DNA of 64,000 nt from Podarcis cretensis (Eukaryota). The translations under genes and the position numbers were made by a program. Within the stretch, counting starts at the first letter, position 1. Every line of letters starts with the position of its first letter. Shown one piece after another: positions 1-13,760 of this stretch. The notes beneath the pieces were generated by a model. It made no database searches. It was not told the origin of the DNA and saw only the letters and a list, made by a program, of their open reading frames with translations. The DNA lies in the NCBI GenBank assembly GCA_951804945.1, contig OX638155.1, forward strand, positions 47,120,001 to 47,184,000. Direction: 5' to 3'.

Positions 1-387
1 AATGGTGTGAAGAGGGGTGGGGCAGGGCAATATGCGCCGTCCCCATCCCAATGACTCCACTTGTACCAGCTCTGCCCTCAGACTTCCATGCACCCCCATG
101 GGCATTTTGGCTGAATGCATACAGGCTCATCTATGCAATGTGGAACCTGTGTGATTGTGAATCCTGACTGTGCACATTCAGCTAAATGTGCATAGGTTTT
201 CCCCTTCAAGCTGACCTTCCACCCAACACATGTGGAAGGCAACTCCTGAAGGGGCCTAACGTAGCACAGTACACCACACTAAGATCTTATGTTAGAGGTA
301 ACAGTACAGAACCAATCTATAAAGAATATGATTGAACCTTCATAAATAATTCACAGAAGAAAGGTTTCGAAGGACAGAGGCACTTAC

Positions 388-551
388 TTCCGGTATTGCA
401 CAGATGGTCGAGATGTGATGAAAGGGCGAAGGAGAGTCTGAATACGGCCCTCCCAGCACCACACAGTGGGATAGTATGTTTCTGTCACCACAGGGCAATG
501 GTCCTGTAGGAAACAGGATAAGCCTTTGCTGCCAGTCACCAGCTGAGGTTT
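388..551 (-). CDS. ABHD3: ABHD3 (phospholipase, alpha/beta hydrolase) coding exon 2; gene continues off the left edge
   Basis: Translates [54 protein letters not shown], matching ABHD3; ctttag acceptor and GTAAGT donor; 164 nt. Confidence 0.95.
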
Positions 552-1104
552 CTAAAGCGAGAAAAAGGCAAGTGTGTTGGCACTGTGTTCAATGTGACTT
601 GCTCCTGGGTAAGTGAACATCATACTGCAGTCTTACATTTATTCATGGCTTTGGTGGAGCAAGATCCATTCTTTGCTCAAGCTATTCCCCTCCTTCAGGT
701 TCTTCCTAACAACTTATTTTCACAGAACGTTCTTCCTAATTTACTACAGCCTCACTTTACATGTCCCTTCATCACTTCCTAATTATACAGAAACCCATCC
801 CACCAATTGTATTATTACAGACATGTTGTGGGCCACCTGGGTAAAGCTCAAGCCACAGTTTGGGGCTCTGATCTAGAATGTGGCAATGAGAGAGAGAAGA
901 TCTTTTCTGGGGCTTCAGCCTGGAAACACACTGCCCGTATGGGTTCAAATAGCCCACTTGCCATTTTCTGCCAGTGTAGTTTTCTACGCTGACAGCCTTT
1001 TGCTGCACTCAGCTGAATTGTGAATCCTGAAAAACGCCTGTACGACTCATGAGTTTGTCACCATGAAATGTACTTTTACACAAACTATTTGAGGTGTTGT
1101 GAAA

Positions 1105-1327
1105 GGATAGGTCTATCAATGTCTACTAGTCATGAAGCATACAGATGCAACCCACAGGTTCAAAGACAGAATACCTCTGAGTATTCCTTGCTGAGGAACA
1201 AGAAGAGGAGAGGAGCTACTGCCTTCCTGCCCTGAGAATGGAGGTTCCCTGAGGCACTGGGTTGGCAAAACAAGGTCCCTAACTAGCTAGACCTCTGGTC
1301 TGTCTGCTCCAGTTGGGTTCTTCTTAG
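1105..1327 (+). mobile_element. CR1 LINE 3'-end remnant
   Basis: ggataggtctatcaatgtctactag...gttcttcttagg resembles squamate CR1 3' UTR; complementary to the copy at 36554. Confidence 0.55.
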
Positions 1328-1822
1328 GAGGCAAAAGTAAAACTACACACATCCTGAAGGAGACCTCAACTCCTCATGTAAAGTGTGATTGTTTGTATAA
1401 AATAGTGTATATAATTCTACATGTTTTACCCCAGGATTGAGATTTCACTTTTTCCCCCTTCCACCTTGCTTTTCACCTGGAATATGCGCTGCGCAATTCC
1501 GAAGCACCAGGTTGCCCAGCCAGCGGGGAACTCAAAGTCAAACTGACCTGCATTTCACTCCTTCCCAGTGAAAACGAAAAGGGACGCCCCCCCCCCTCAA
1601 ACTAGTCCAGCAGCCATCGCCCTGCAATAGGGCGCCGCGCGCTGCAAAGGCTCCCTCCGCTGCCTCTGCACCCGAGGCGAGCCAAGGACAATAGCCCTGC
1701 TTATTTCAAAGATGGGCTTAGCCTGGCGCTGACCTCGGCTGGCCTTTTCCGCTTCCTGCGGCTCCCTCCTCCATTGGCCGGGGTCGGCCCCGCTTCCCCA
1801 GGGACGCGAGAAGCCCCCCTAC

Positions 1823-1969
1823 CTTGGCGATGCTGCTGAGGTAATAGCAGGCGTAAGCGGCCCCGAAGCACAGCACCAGGGACCACCCGACGCCGGAAGC
1901 CAGCAGCCCCTCCCGGACGCGGCTCTCCAGATAGAAGGACACCCCGCGGGTCAGCCCTTGCAGGTTCAT
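1823..1969 (-). CDS. ABHD3: ABHD3 coding exon 1 (N-terminal signal-anchor helix)
   Basis: MNLQGLTRGVSFYLESRVREGLLASGVGWSLVLCFGAAYACYYLSSIAK then GTAGGG donor; phase 0 join to exon 2. Confidence 0.93.
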
Positions 1970-2060
1970 CTCTCCAGAAGTCGCCGCCGAGCTGCGCGGC
2001 CGCAGCTTACATCACAGCCCCGGGGAAGCGCGCGGCACGCCTAGGATGCTGGTGGTCTTG

Positions 2061-2084
2061 CTGCTGCTGCTGCTGCTGCTGCTG
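2061..2084. repeat. (CTG)8 / (CAG)8 microsatellite upstream of the ABHD3 ATG
   Basis: Read directly from sequence. Confidence 0.95.
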
Positions 2085-2960
2085 CCGTCGAGGCTGAGCC
2101 CAAGCAGGATAGCGCCCCCTCCGGAAGGATCCGAGAAAAGCAGCCACCTGCAGCGGCTGCAGCAGCACCACCAGCAGCAGCAAGAAGCTCTCCGCCTCCG
2201 TCGCCGCTTCGCCACAGGGCATAGCAGGACACGCTGCTCCGCCCTCGCTCCCCCTTCTCTCCCTGGGGAGGATGGGTGGGCATTGAGGCTGGAGCCGGCC
2301 TTCTGGCAATCGGCAGGACGCGGGCATTGATTGGCCCTCCTTCCTCTCTGTGCAGACCGACCTTTATCCCGATTGCAAACGTTGAAGCTGAATTGGGGGT
2401 AAGCTGCTCGTGGCAACCAGGCCGTGACGCTGGTTATCCGGACACTATCCGTTTCCTGGGGACGTGGCTCGATCGGCCTTTGTTGCGGAGGCCACACGCT
2501 AAAAAAAAAACATTGGCAGCTACTGGAAAGACCTATGTCCAAATATTAGCTTTGATGCTTTTGGTTATTCTGCAAGAAGTTGCAGGGCTGCGTGGCTGAT
2601 CTCTTCACGGATTAATGATTTTCAAATCCCATTTTCAGTACTGCCCGTACCTTTCAGCTATCAGGATTTGTGGCACTCACTGAAAGTACCATATGCCTAA
2701 CAGTTTAATGCCTCAATTATCCATTTAGTCTAGGACTCAGATTTTTACAGAAGCAAATCAGATGGCTGCAGGAATCCCCCAAGCACGTAGGAACAAGGAA
2801 AATGCCTTATATAGAGTCAAATTTAACTCCATAGGCATCCACTGTAGGTATGGTCCATCTGGCTCGGTATTGTCCACAGGGCCAAGTGGCCAGAGCCAAC
2901 TGTGGCCAACACATTGTGGCTCAACACCCATCAATTCCAGACAGAATGGGAAATACAGTA

Positions 2961-3181
2961 CATTGGTACCTTGGGTTACATATGCTTCAGTTTACAGACT
3001 CCGCTAACCCAGAAATAGTGCTTCGGGTTAAGAACTTTGCTTCAGGATGAGAACAGAAATCGTGCTCCGGCGGCGCGGCAGCAGCAGGAGGCTCCATTAG
3101 CTAAAGTGGTGCTTCAGGAACAGTTTCAGGTTAAGTACGGACCTCCGGAACAAATTAAGTACTTAACCTGAGGTACCACTG
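2961..3181. mobile_element. Tc1/mariner-superfamily MITE, family A (TIR CAGTGGTACCTC)
   Basis: TA...TA flanks, terminal inverted repeats, five similar copies in window. Confidence 0.85.
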
Positions 3182-3191
3182 TAATCATGTT

Positions 3192-3206
3192 AGCTCCCCC
3201 TGCTGG
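3192..3206 (-). promoter_or_regulatory. CTCF motif (CCAGCAGGGGGAGCT)
   Basis: Close match to CTCF core consensus. Confidence 0.5.
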
Positions 3207-3454
3207 AGACAATAAACCACTTTGAAGTTTGTTTGCTATTTTCTTTTCCAATCAAGAAGTATATAAATGTTATGAAATAAATAGAAAAAATAAAAATACC
3301 AGGTCAGGCTATTTGTTTACCCAGACCAGTATGTTCTACAGCAGAGACAGCTAATCTGGTGTCTTCCAGACTACATCTCTCATCACAATTATTTTCTGTG
3401 CTGCCTGGAACTTATGGGGAGTTCTTCCACATTTGGAGGGCTGATTTTGGCTAC

Positions 3455-3582
3455 CCCTAGTCTACAGACTGGCAGGATCTCTCCAAGATCTCAGGCAGAG
3501 GTCTTTACCACCACTTGCTATTAGAAATCTTTTTAAACTGGAGATTGCACCTGGGACATTTTGTATGCCAAGAATGTGCTCT
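3455..3582 (-). mobile_element. tRNA-derived SINE (Squam3-like) fragment, interrupted by an LTR
   Basis: Reverse complement resembles the SINE at 61810-62456. Confidence 0.55.
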
Positions 3583-4164
3583 TGTCAAGGCAGGGGTCGG
3601 GAGCTGGTCAGCAATAACTCACATGGTGTCAGTAAAGTTAATTATTTACCCAAAGAAAGAAAACAGATCAGGCCTAAAGAGCACAGCAGCTCTTCCTAGT
3701 AGGTCTTGTCGCAATGAGGACTGAAGGTCCACTGCACTCTAAGGCTCCTCCTCCCCTGGGTCCCTGCTTAGCAACCTGAGGCACCTTCATTTTGTCCCTC
3801 TTTGTTCTGCCCTCTTCATTCCCCTTCATGTTCTGGGAGACTAGCGGGGAGGGGAGCTGGTTGCAACAGTGGGGGGGGGGAGGGAAACCCCTTGATTCTT
3901 CAGCAGTCTGCCTCTTGGCAACCCTCTTCTCCAGCTTCCACTTCTGCCTCTGATTCTGGACTGCTCTCTGCCACAGCCTCTTCCTGCTCACTAAACCCTG
4001 GTACCTCTTCAGTTTTTGACACCTCCTCCCAATCTGCTCCCTCTTCTTCCTCTGGCCATTTGTCATCACCCCATTACCGGTCCCCTAGCTTTGAGCCCCC
4101 TTCCCTTGGGGGTTATTCAGCTGGTGCCTCCCACCACTTCTATGCATCCAGTCAGTCCATGACA
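3583..4164 (-). mobile_element. Solo LTR, probably Gypsy-type
   Basis: TGTCA...TGACA termini, ~580 bp, purine-rich strand; TSD decayed; explains spurious ORFs 3674-4069 and 3802-4209. Confidence 0.65.
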
Positions 4165-5176
4165 ACTGTACATTGTTATCCCTCTACATTTAGTTGTCAG
4201 ACAAAATAACTATTGATACTAGTCTCTTCCATCAATTAGTCTAATATCCCTTTAAGCCATCTCAGGATAATAATGGACTAGAGTCCCCAAATTTCCCAGA
4301 GTTTCAGCAGCTTTCACAATCCACTTCCTTCCTAAAGAAAGTACTAGAATCATAACAGGTTTCATAGAACTGTGCTGTTGTTGTTTTTTAATTAGGGTTA
4401 CAGGCTGAAGATGAATTGCTTGTATCATAATTGCATTTACAGGGATCATGGTGATTGAGTGGGGAGGTGAGTGAAGGCTTATTTTATGCTACTTTAATAG
4501 CTCCAGGCTGTGGTGTGCTTTATAAATTTGTGAAATATTGACAATAATATTTTCCATCAGGGTTAAAAATGCAGAATCAGCCTTTTGAGTTCCATAGAAC
4601 TTTTTGTCAGACTAAATGTTAAAGGCGAATGGTGCCTCTGGGACTGGCCAGGGGTTGCTTCCCAGGCCTGCCCCTGTGGGGCAGTGAGAGGAGGCACCTC
4701 TCTTTGGGGCAAGGGAGGAGGGAAAGCTCAAAGGCTCAGGCAGCAGCTGTAGCTGCCCAAAGGACTCCCAAGGAGAGGGGAGGGGAGAGGAGGCTGAGGG
4801 AATACTCCCAACAGGGTGGATGTTTGAAAAAGGGTGAGAGGCTGCCAGATCTGCAGGCAAGGGGTGACATAACTGGGCTCCTGAGCCCCACAGGGGTGTC
4901 GCAGAAAGAATGCAGTTGGTCACGGGAGCCATCAACCCCAAAAGCTTGAAAAACCTTGAGGGAACAAAAAGCACAATGACTATGAGCCAAGAAAAAATAA
5001 GGCAAGAAAATTGTAAAATCTATAAAAGTGTTTTGCTCTGATAAACAAATTTATTCATTTATAATAACAACATTTATATGCTATTACATAAACAGATTTC
5101 TCTGGGCAACATAATAAAAATGTTACAATCCAATACAGAGTGTGCTGTGTTTCATACTAACTTACCCTTTTTTGTA

Positions 5177-5268
5177 AAAAGTAAAAGTAAAGGACCCCTG
5201 ACAGTTAAGTGCCGATCAGAAGGTCGGTGGTTCAAATCCCCACAATGGGATGAGCTTCCGTTGCTCGG
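5177..5268 (-). mobile_element. 5'-inverted, truncated Sauria SINE
   Basis: Minus-strand SINE tail (5177-5210) fused to a plus-strand SINE 5' piece (5211-5272); 13-bp TSD accctt(t/c)tttgta. Confidence 0.8.
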
Positions 5269-5289
5269 ACCCTTCTTTGTAGCTCATTA

Positions 5290-5510
5290 CAGTGGTACCT
5301 CAGGTTACATATGCTTCAGGTTACAGACTCCACTAACCCAGAAATAGTGCTTCAGGTTAAGAACTTTGTTTCAGGATGAGAACAGAAATTGTGCTCCGGC
5401 GGCGCGGCAGCAGCAAGAGGCCCCATTAGCTAAAGTGGTGCTTCAGGTTAAGTTTCAGGTTAAATACGGACCTCCGGAACAAATTAAGTGCTTAACCTGA
5501 GGTACCACTG
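5290..5510. mobile_element. MITE family A copy
   Basis: TA flanks, CAGTGGTACCTC...GAGGTACCACTG. Confidence 0.9.
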
Positions 5511-6989
5511 TATAAATGTTCAGTGTACATCTGGTCTTACTGTACAACCCTGCTCCTGTCACATGATATCTCATCTTCAGCCATCCACCCCACCCCACCC
5601 CAAAGATACTCAGTGTCAGAAGCTAAGCTACCAGTTGGTACATGGAATGCACCTGCAAAGCAAAAGAAAATTCCATCATGTATAGAATGACAAAGCAAAT
5701 CAAAAGTTGAGACCAGCACATTTGAATAATGGCTAGCTGTAATAGGCTTGGGATGGAATGCTAGGAAGGCACCATCAAGCAATAAGGAAAAACAACAAAG
5801 GCACCATTAAAAGGAAATTGTTAGCTAGGTAATCAGAATGAAAATGGAAGATGTACATGTGTTGCACGAAGGGTGCTGTTACGTATCAGGAAATGTATTG
5901 TATGCACACAGCTGGGAAAGCTACCATACACTGACACAGCTTTGTATCCAGTTATTCTTTGAAGAGGCAGAAGGGGTATAACAATAGAGTTCCCTAATTA
6001 ATACTCAGGACACATTGCATCGGGCTTCCTCAGGGAATCAGTGAAGCCCAAGACCTGAAAGAAAACAATGGGGGTTGCCACCTGCAGTTTTCTCACTTTA
6101 AAATAATCCCCCCCACCCCTGCTGCTCCAACTTTAGACGGCTAGTACCTGCCATCTATTGGGTGGAATTTGAATTGTACTTGTTTTTTGTTTTCAGTGGT
6201 AAGGGAAAAGTAATGAATTTGGTTTGACAGTTTCTAAGGTGCCAGCTGGTGCGACACATACAATCAAAAGCTTGTGGACTTTAGTACAAAAAAGGCATAT
6301 ATGTCATAATAAAAGGTTGCTTTTTGCACCAACCGACTCATACAGCTAGTCCTCTGGAAGTTATCACCAGGCTATTATTAGTAAGGATATCTGCAAGGAT
6401 GACATCTTTCAATGCAATTCCAGTGGATGAAATAGTAAAATCTCCAAAGCTTTTTTTAAAACAAAAACAAAAACAAGTTAATGAACACATTATTATTTGT
6501 AAGGCATGCCTGTAATACCAGGTTTCTTGAGGTTATATATTTTTGTCTTAATAAAAACTTTGCTGGCATGAAGTACTTTGCCCATACAGTATCATTTTCC
6601 CGATACGTTCAGGCTGTAATTCTGGACAGAGTTTTGTGTACCAAGAACCCATAAATTTTATGGAACTAGCATCTGTCTCTATTAAGCACATAAGAGTGGT
6701 GTGTAATAGTCTTGTTTTATAGCCATCATCTTTGAATGACTTTTACTACTATCAAGACATTTGGACATTTTTACTACTATCAAAAAACAGTTGGACGCTT
6801 TGGATGAAAGATCTTGGTCGCGTTCGGTGTGATGAGATGATACCGGTTAAAAGGGGCAGCAGTGTTATGGGGATCCTGGCATCTATAGCTCTCATGGACA
6901 GCAGCTGAAAATCTATACGGGTGTACTTAACAATCCTAAACACTTTTCAATTCAGACAAGATCCCCGTTTACCTTTTTGGAAAGTTTTC

Positions 6990-8130
<1,141 letters not shown>

Positions 8131-9800
8131 CTTCATTGACTGCAGGTGGGCTTGCTCACAGGCCAGAATGCGTAGAACTATTGCTTCTGTTGAGCATAGG
8201 CCCTTGGTATAAGTTTTTATTTATTGAATGCACAAATAAAATTTATATTTATAAAACTGCAATAAGCACAGTGGGGACGGCTGTCTTCTTGAAAATGGGG
8301 ACCTACAAATCTAACCTTGTCGTTCGTTGTTGAAAGGAAGTCATCATTTCCTTGCAACTTTTTCCCAGTTGGTGGTGTTAGGTCTGGGATTTTATAGGGC
8401 GATCCTTGGCTGCTTTAATCAAAAGAGCCACCCCCGGGTCTTTAGGGGTGCTTTCTTCTTCTAAGTAAGCCTGCGCTGGATTGTAGCCTTTGACTGTGAT
8501 AACTTTGAAAGGAGTTCTTTGAAAGTGAATGCAGCTGTGTTGAGCATCTTCCTTCTAGCAGTAAACTTGCAAATGAATGTTAATGGCAGATGTCCCTATT
8601 TTGACAGATACAAATTGGTTTTTAGTGCCTGTGGTATAATCGACATTTCAAAAATGCTAACAAACTACATTCCTCTCAGTAAATAGTAACATGCAAAACC
8701 AGGTGGTTTGTACATTTTCCTGCTCAATTTTTTAATTAAAATACTCTTAGACTTTTTTCTCAGATTATGCATATTAACTAATAATGGAGCCCAATTCTAT
8801 GTATATTTACTCTGAAGCCCCTATTGAACATAATGTGACTCCCAAGTAAATGTGCATAAGAGTGTAGTCTTTGTTATAGGGCATTTTACACTTGATGCAT
8901 CACATGCAAAGTGTAAAGGGCATGCATATGTGTATATTCATATTGCTTTGGGGGATTCTCAGTGCTGATTACAAACATCACCTAACATTTTATCAGTACT
9001 GTCACACTTGCCCATTAGGCAAGAAGTTGGGCAGAAAATAAAGTTTGTGCCTCGTGATGAGGGACAGATACTTTTCCATTGCTATATTTTTCTGTGAAAA
9101 GGTTAGCTAAAAGTTTTTTTAATTAATTTAATTGGTAGTGTAATAAATGGATACTAAAATGGTATCAGACAAATTGGGCAGTTTCAGAATTGTAAATATA
9201 CTTGACAGTTGCTTTTTGGACATGCTAAAATGAGTATGTTAAGCATCCTTAGTAGTTTCATAAGTTTTTCTTAACACTTAAAGCAGTCCAAGGGAAGTCA
9301 TTGCTGTTGAATTATATCTTTAAAATATGTGCAAGTATTTTAATAGAATTTCAAAATAGAGTTTTGAATAGTTTGAAAATTACATTTACAGTGGAATGTA
9401 TACTTAGAAGTAAGCTTGTTGAGTTTGGTGGGACTTACTCTTGGATAAGTCTTGGGATTGCAGCTGAGGCCCAGGGATCCAAGATGGCCCACACCTGTTG
9501 TCAGCCTTGATCTGCAACCTCCCTGAATGTTTTTGCCTGGCTGGAATGTACCTTTGGCCTGTGATAAATGTTTGGGGCTGCGATGTGTTGGGGGTATATA
9601 GAGAGAACTGATTTTTGTGTGGCTAGAATGTAACTTTTTGTACAAATGTAAGACATCAGTTGCTTTTGTCCACCTTTGTTTCTGGTCCTGCCCATCACAG
9701 GTGCATGGCCCCTAGAAGGTTTGCTATGAGGTAATATGATCCTTGAGCTGAAGACGTTTTCCCACCCTTGCTATACATACTTATCTGAGAGTACTTAATG

Positions 9801-9928
9801 CAGGCTTCCTTAGACTCAGCCCTCCAGATGTTTTGAGACTACAGGTCCCATCATCCCTGACCTGCTAGCTAGGGATCATGGGAGTTGTAGGCCAAAAACA
9901 TCAGGAGGGCCAAGTTTGAGGAAGCCTG
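9801..9928. mobile_element. hAT-type palindromic MITE
   Basis: TIR CAGGCTTCCT/AGGAAGCCTG; perfect 8-bp TSD ACTTAATG (9793-9800, 9929-9936). Confidence 0.85.
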
Positions 9929-10358
9929 ACTTAATGCATACTTACCTGATCTCAGTGAGGTTTACTTCTGAGTAGACACGCTTGGGACTGCACTGTTAAA
10001 ATGCTTTGTCCCCTTCCTTTCAAATAAGTTCATTTCTAGTGATTAAAAACTTTCTGATGTATTGAGATACCACATTTAGATAATATATTACTGTCTCCAT
10101 TGTATCGTAGAGTAGCTAACGTGGTGAGTGGTTTAATGCTATCTACATCTGAGAACATCTGAGTATTGGAGCCTTCAGTGATCAGCTGTGATGCTTTTTC
10201 AGCGTTCTCAGTTACATGGAGCAGTGGTGGGGAAACCTTGGCTGTTTAGCAAGCTGTTTTGTGTATACATATGCTGTTGATGTATGTGCTCTTGTATATT
10301 GCATATGCTTGCATGTATGCATTTCAAAATACTGTTCTAACTCTATTCCTTTCCACAG

Positions 10359-10530
10359 GAATTAAACATGATGGAACAATGTGTGATACGTGTCGCCAAC
10401 AACCAATAATTGGTATTCGATGGAAATGTGCAGAATGCACCAATTATGACTTATGCACTGTGTGTTATCATGGGGATAAACATCACCTTAGACATCGCTT
10501 TTACAGAATAACCACACCAGGAAGTGAAAG
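10359..10530 (+). CDS. MIB1: MIB1 exon 2 (ZZ zinc finger)
   Basis: [36 protein letters not shown]...; AG/GT; 172 nt. Confidence 0.98.
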
Positions 10531-10745
10531 GTATGTTTTAAATGCTCATTTTCATTAAAATGCCTAATTATGAGACTGTGTTGGATATAGAAGGGTCTTG
10601 TCACCACCTCAGATAATGAGATGTCCAATGTATTGAAATTTAAGACATGTTAAAATTTATTTTTATTTAATTTCTATCCCATACATTCTTGCAAAGGAGC
10701 TCATGGTTTTAATCAAAACAGTTCCTTTTGATTCTTGAAAATTAA

Positions 10746-11024
<279 letters not shown>

Positions 11025-11639
11025 TGATTCTTCAGAATTGGTGGGCCTGTTGCATTGATGCACCTGTGGGCATTTACAGATTCAAATGTATTCTTGGTGT
11101 CTGGGGGATTTTTCTGCTGAGGTATTTGACAATCTTGCTGAGGCCCTCATCCCCCTCTGGAAGAGGGGCTGTCAATACATTTTACAGGTCAAGATGCTAG
11201 TATCTGTACCAACTTGGATCTCATCATAGTAGCAGAGCCAAATATGGATATAGTGAGTGTACCATCTAGTCATGTTATAGTGATTACTTTTCTACTGTTA
11301 CATGCCTAGATGATACACTTGGTGCACTGAGGACATAGACAGTCTGCGTATGTATTCTTGTATTCTTGATCCCGGTCCCTCATAGTTAAGTAGAGCCTGC
11401 CCATGGACTACCTGGACCACAGAAGTGACTTATGCTTCTCTAAGAGAAATGCGGTAAATGAAGACATATTGAGACCCTTTGTGGGGGGGGGGGACTGACT
11501 GACCCTTAACTACCATCCAGTTTCTAACTTGCCTTTAAACTTGCTATTGAAATGCTTGGTGGTTTCTCCAATTAGTACTGAATAATGCCAATTGCTTGAA
11601 TCCATTGTAATATGTTTTTTGGCCTGGTGCCAAGAAAAT

Positions 11640-13005
11640 ATCTTTATTGTCCTTTGAGGGATAGATTTAGGTGTCTGGTATGTGTGTACCTACTGATTCT
11701 CCTGGATCTGCCTTGGTATTGTGTCTGGTTTGGCATGCTGACTTGGAACTGAGGACACTTGTGTTGCAGCCACTCTAGTCCTTTCTGGAAGGTTGATGCC
11801 AGAAGGCAGTGCTGGGGGAAGGCTGCTCTGCCTCATGGTTTTGGTGAGTAGAGTACTACAGGGTTCCTTTTTGTCCCTCAAGCTTTTTAACATCTCTAGG
11901 AAGCCATTGGGTAAGATCATCCAGAGGTTTGACCTGAAGTGCTGTTAATGCCAGTAGCAGCTCTGCTTATACATTTCTACCAGATAATTCCAGGGAGGTG
12001 GTAGACACCCCAAGCCATTGTTAGGCAATACTGGAATAGATGGGGGCAAACAAATGGAAGCATAATCAAGACAAGGTAGAGGTACTGTTAGTGGGGAATT
12101 CTATTGAACAGGATAGAATTATGCTCCCTCTGACAGACCCAAGTTTTCAGCTTTTGGATTCTGGATCTGATGCTAACCCTAGATGCTCAGGTCATGTTGG
12201 TAGTCAGGAGTGTCTGCTAGTGGTTTTGGATGACTCTCCAGTTGCAACCTTAAATGGAAAAACCAGCCTACATCAGCAGCGGTAACACTCAGATTGGATT
12301 AATGCAATATCCTTTAAGTCAGGTTGCCATTAACGACAACCAGAAGCTTTATTTGGTTCAATATGTCGCTGCTAAGATGATGATAGGAGCAAAACCATTT
12401 AACACTATCTTACACCAGTTACACTGGTTACCAGTTTGTTTCAAGGTTAAATTTAAGGTGCTGGCTTTTACTTTTTTTCTAACTGTGAAATGGTCTGGGA
12501 CCTAGTTATTTAAGGCCCGTTTATGCTCATATGTACGGGACGTGGGTAGTGCTGTGGTCTAAACCACAGAGCCTAGGGGTTGCCAATCAGAAGGTTGGCA
12601 GTTCGAATCCCCGCGACGGGGTGAGCTCCCGTTGCTCGGTCCCTGCTCCTGCCAACCTAGCAGTTCGAAAGCATGTCAAAGTGCAAGTAGATAAATTGGT
12701 ACTGCTCTGGCGGGAAGGTAAATGGCATTTCTGTGCGCTGCTCTGGTTCGCCAGTAGCGGCTTAGTCATGCTGGCCCCATAACCCGGAAGCTGTACGCCG
12801 GCCCCCTCAGCCAATAAAGTGAGATGAGCGCCGCAACCCCATAGTTGTCTGCGACTGGACCTAATGGTCAGGGGCCCCTTTACCTTTTATGCTCATATGA
12901 ACCTCTCCAACTGGATTTGGGATCTTCATTCTAGACTGACCTTTCACTAAATCAGACCTATTTGAGTACAGAAACTTCCTTTTTTGTAGTGGCACCCAGA
13001 TGCAT
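11640..13005 (+). mobile_element. Old L2-like LINE ORF2 3' remnant, interrupted by a Sauria SINE
   Basis: LHQLHWLPVCFKVKFKVL motif typical of the L2-clade ORF2 C-terminus; many stops and frameshifts; boundaries approximate. Confidence 0.6.
12534..12885 (+). mobile_element. Full-length Sauria SINE
   Basis: tRNA-like head with B box GTTCGAATCC, ACCTTT tail, 14-bp TSD TTTATGCTCATATG (12520-12533, 12886-12899). Confidence 0.92.
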
Positions 13006-13760
13006 AATTTAGAACTGTACACTGGCTCACGCTGAATCCCAGACCAATTTGGGTTGACCTAGCATTTAGCTAGAGTAGGTTGAGGCAGTCCCATGTTGGA
13101 TTGTGCTTGCCCAGAGCATCCAGGGCCCATCCAAAGGGGGTGGGGGAGTCAAGGGGTTGAAGGAGATGCATACATCACCTACTCCCCATGATTGCATGTT
13201 TAATTAGTGTTTTAAACCCTGATTAAAGTCAGCAAGTCTCTTTATTTAGCTCTGGTCTAGAAGTGTGCTGGATTGAGGCTGCTTTGAAGTGCCAGATTGG
13301 GCCCTGAATTGGATCCGGGTATGTGTGCATGGGGTGTACACATTCTTAATGAAATTCTCTTTGTGTTAAAGCCTTTCCTAAATAAAATTATGCTTATCTT
13401 GATATGCTAGGTTTTTAAGACAAATTAAGCTGTTTTACGTTTTGCTATGTTGTGAATTTATTGGTTGTCCAGTGTTTTTATATTTTGAGTAAGCTTACTT
13501 CACTAATGTTTAAACTGAAGGAAAGCTCCTCTTTTGTTACTTGGTTAAAAACATAAAATGGAGGTTTGTCTGTTTTCTTGTGTCTAAGGAAAGACATGGT
13601 ACTTATAGCTGATTTTAGTTTGAAAATTAAGACTCTTCCTCTAAATGTGTGTAAATATTGAGGCATAACTTAGCTTGCTGCTTTGCTGATATGCAAGCAT
13701 TAGGTCACCAACAGAGACCCTCCTGTGTGTTCCAAAATTTTCTAAGAGCAGAGAAGAGGG

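Larger units (their letters stand above)
1480..2500 (-). promoter_or_regulatory. CpG island / ABHD3 promoter and 5' UTR
   Basis: GC- and CpG-rich; CCAAT box (attgg 2330-2334), RFX-like half site gtggcaac near 2410, TGACG near 2425. Confidence 0.75.

Noticed and set aside
2046-2330. Plus-strand ORF with signal-peptide-like poly-Leu and poly-Gln
   Set aside because: Explained by CTG/CAG repeats in a stop-poor CpG island; no recognisable homology
3674-4209. Long Ser-rich and Arg-rich ORFs
   Set aside because: Fall inside a low-complexity solo LTR
6337-6449. Exon-like minus-strand frame FGDFTISSTGIALKDVILADILTNNSLVITSRGLAV*
   Set aside because: Odd acceptor, no recognisable protein, and its end overlaps a probable repeat remnant
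6741-6783. Direct repeat TTTTACTACTATCAA twice
   Set aside because: Small local duplication; only two units, not an array
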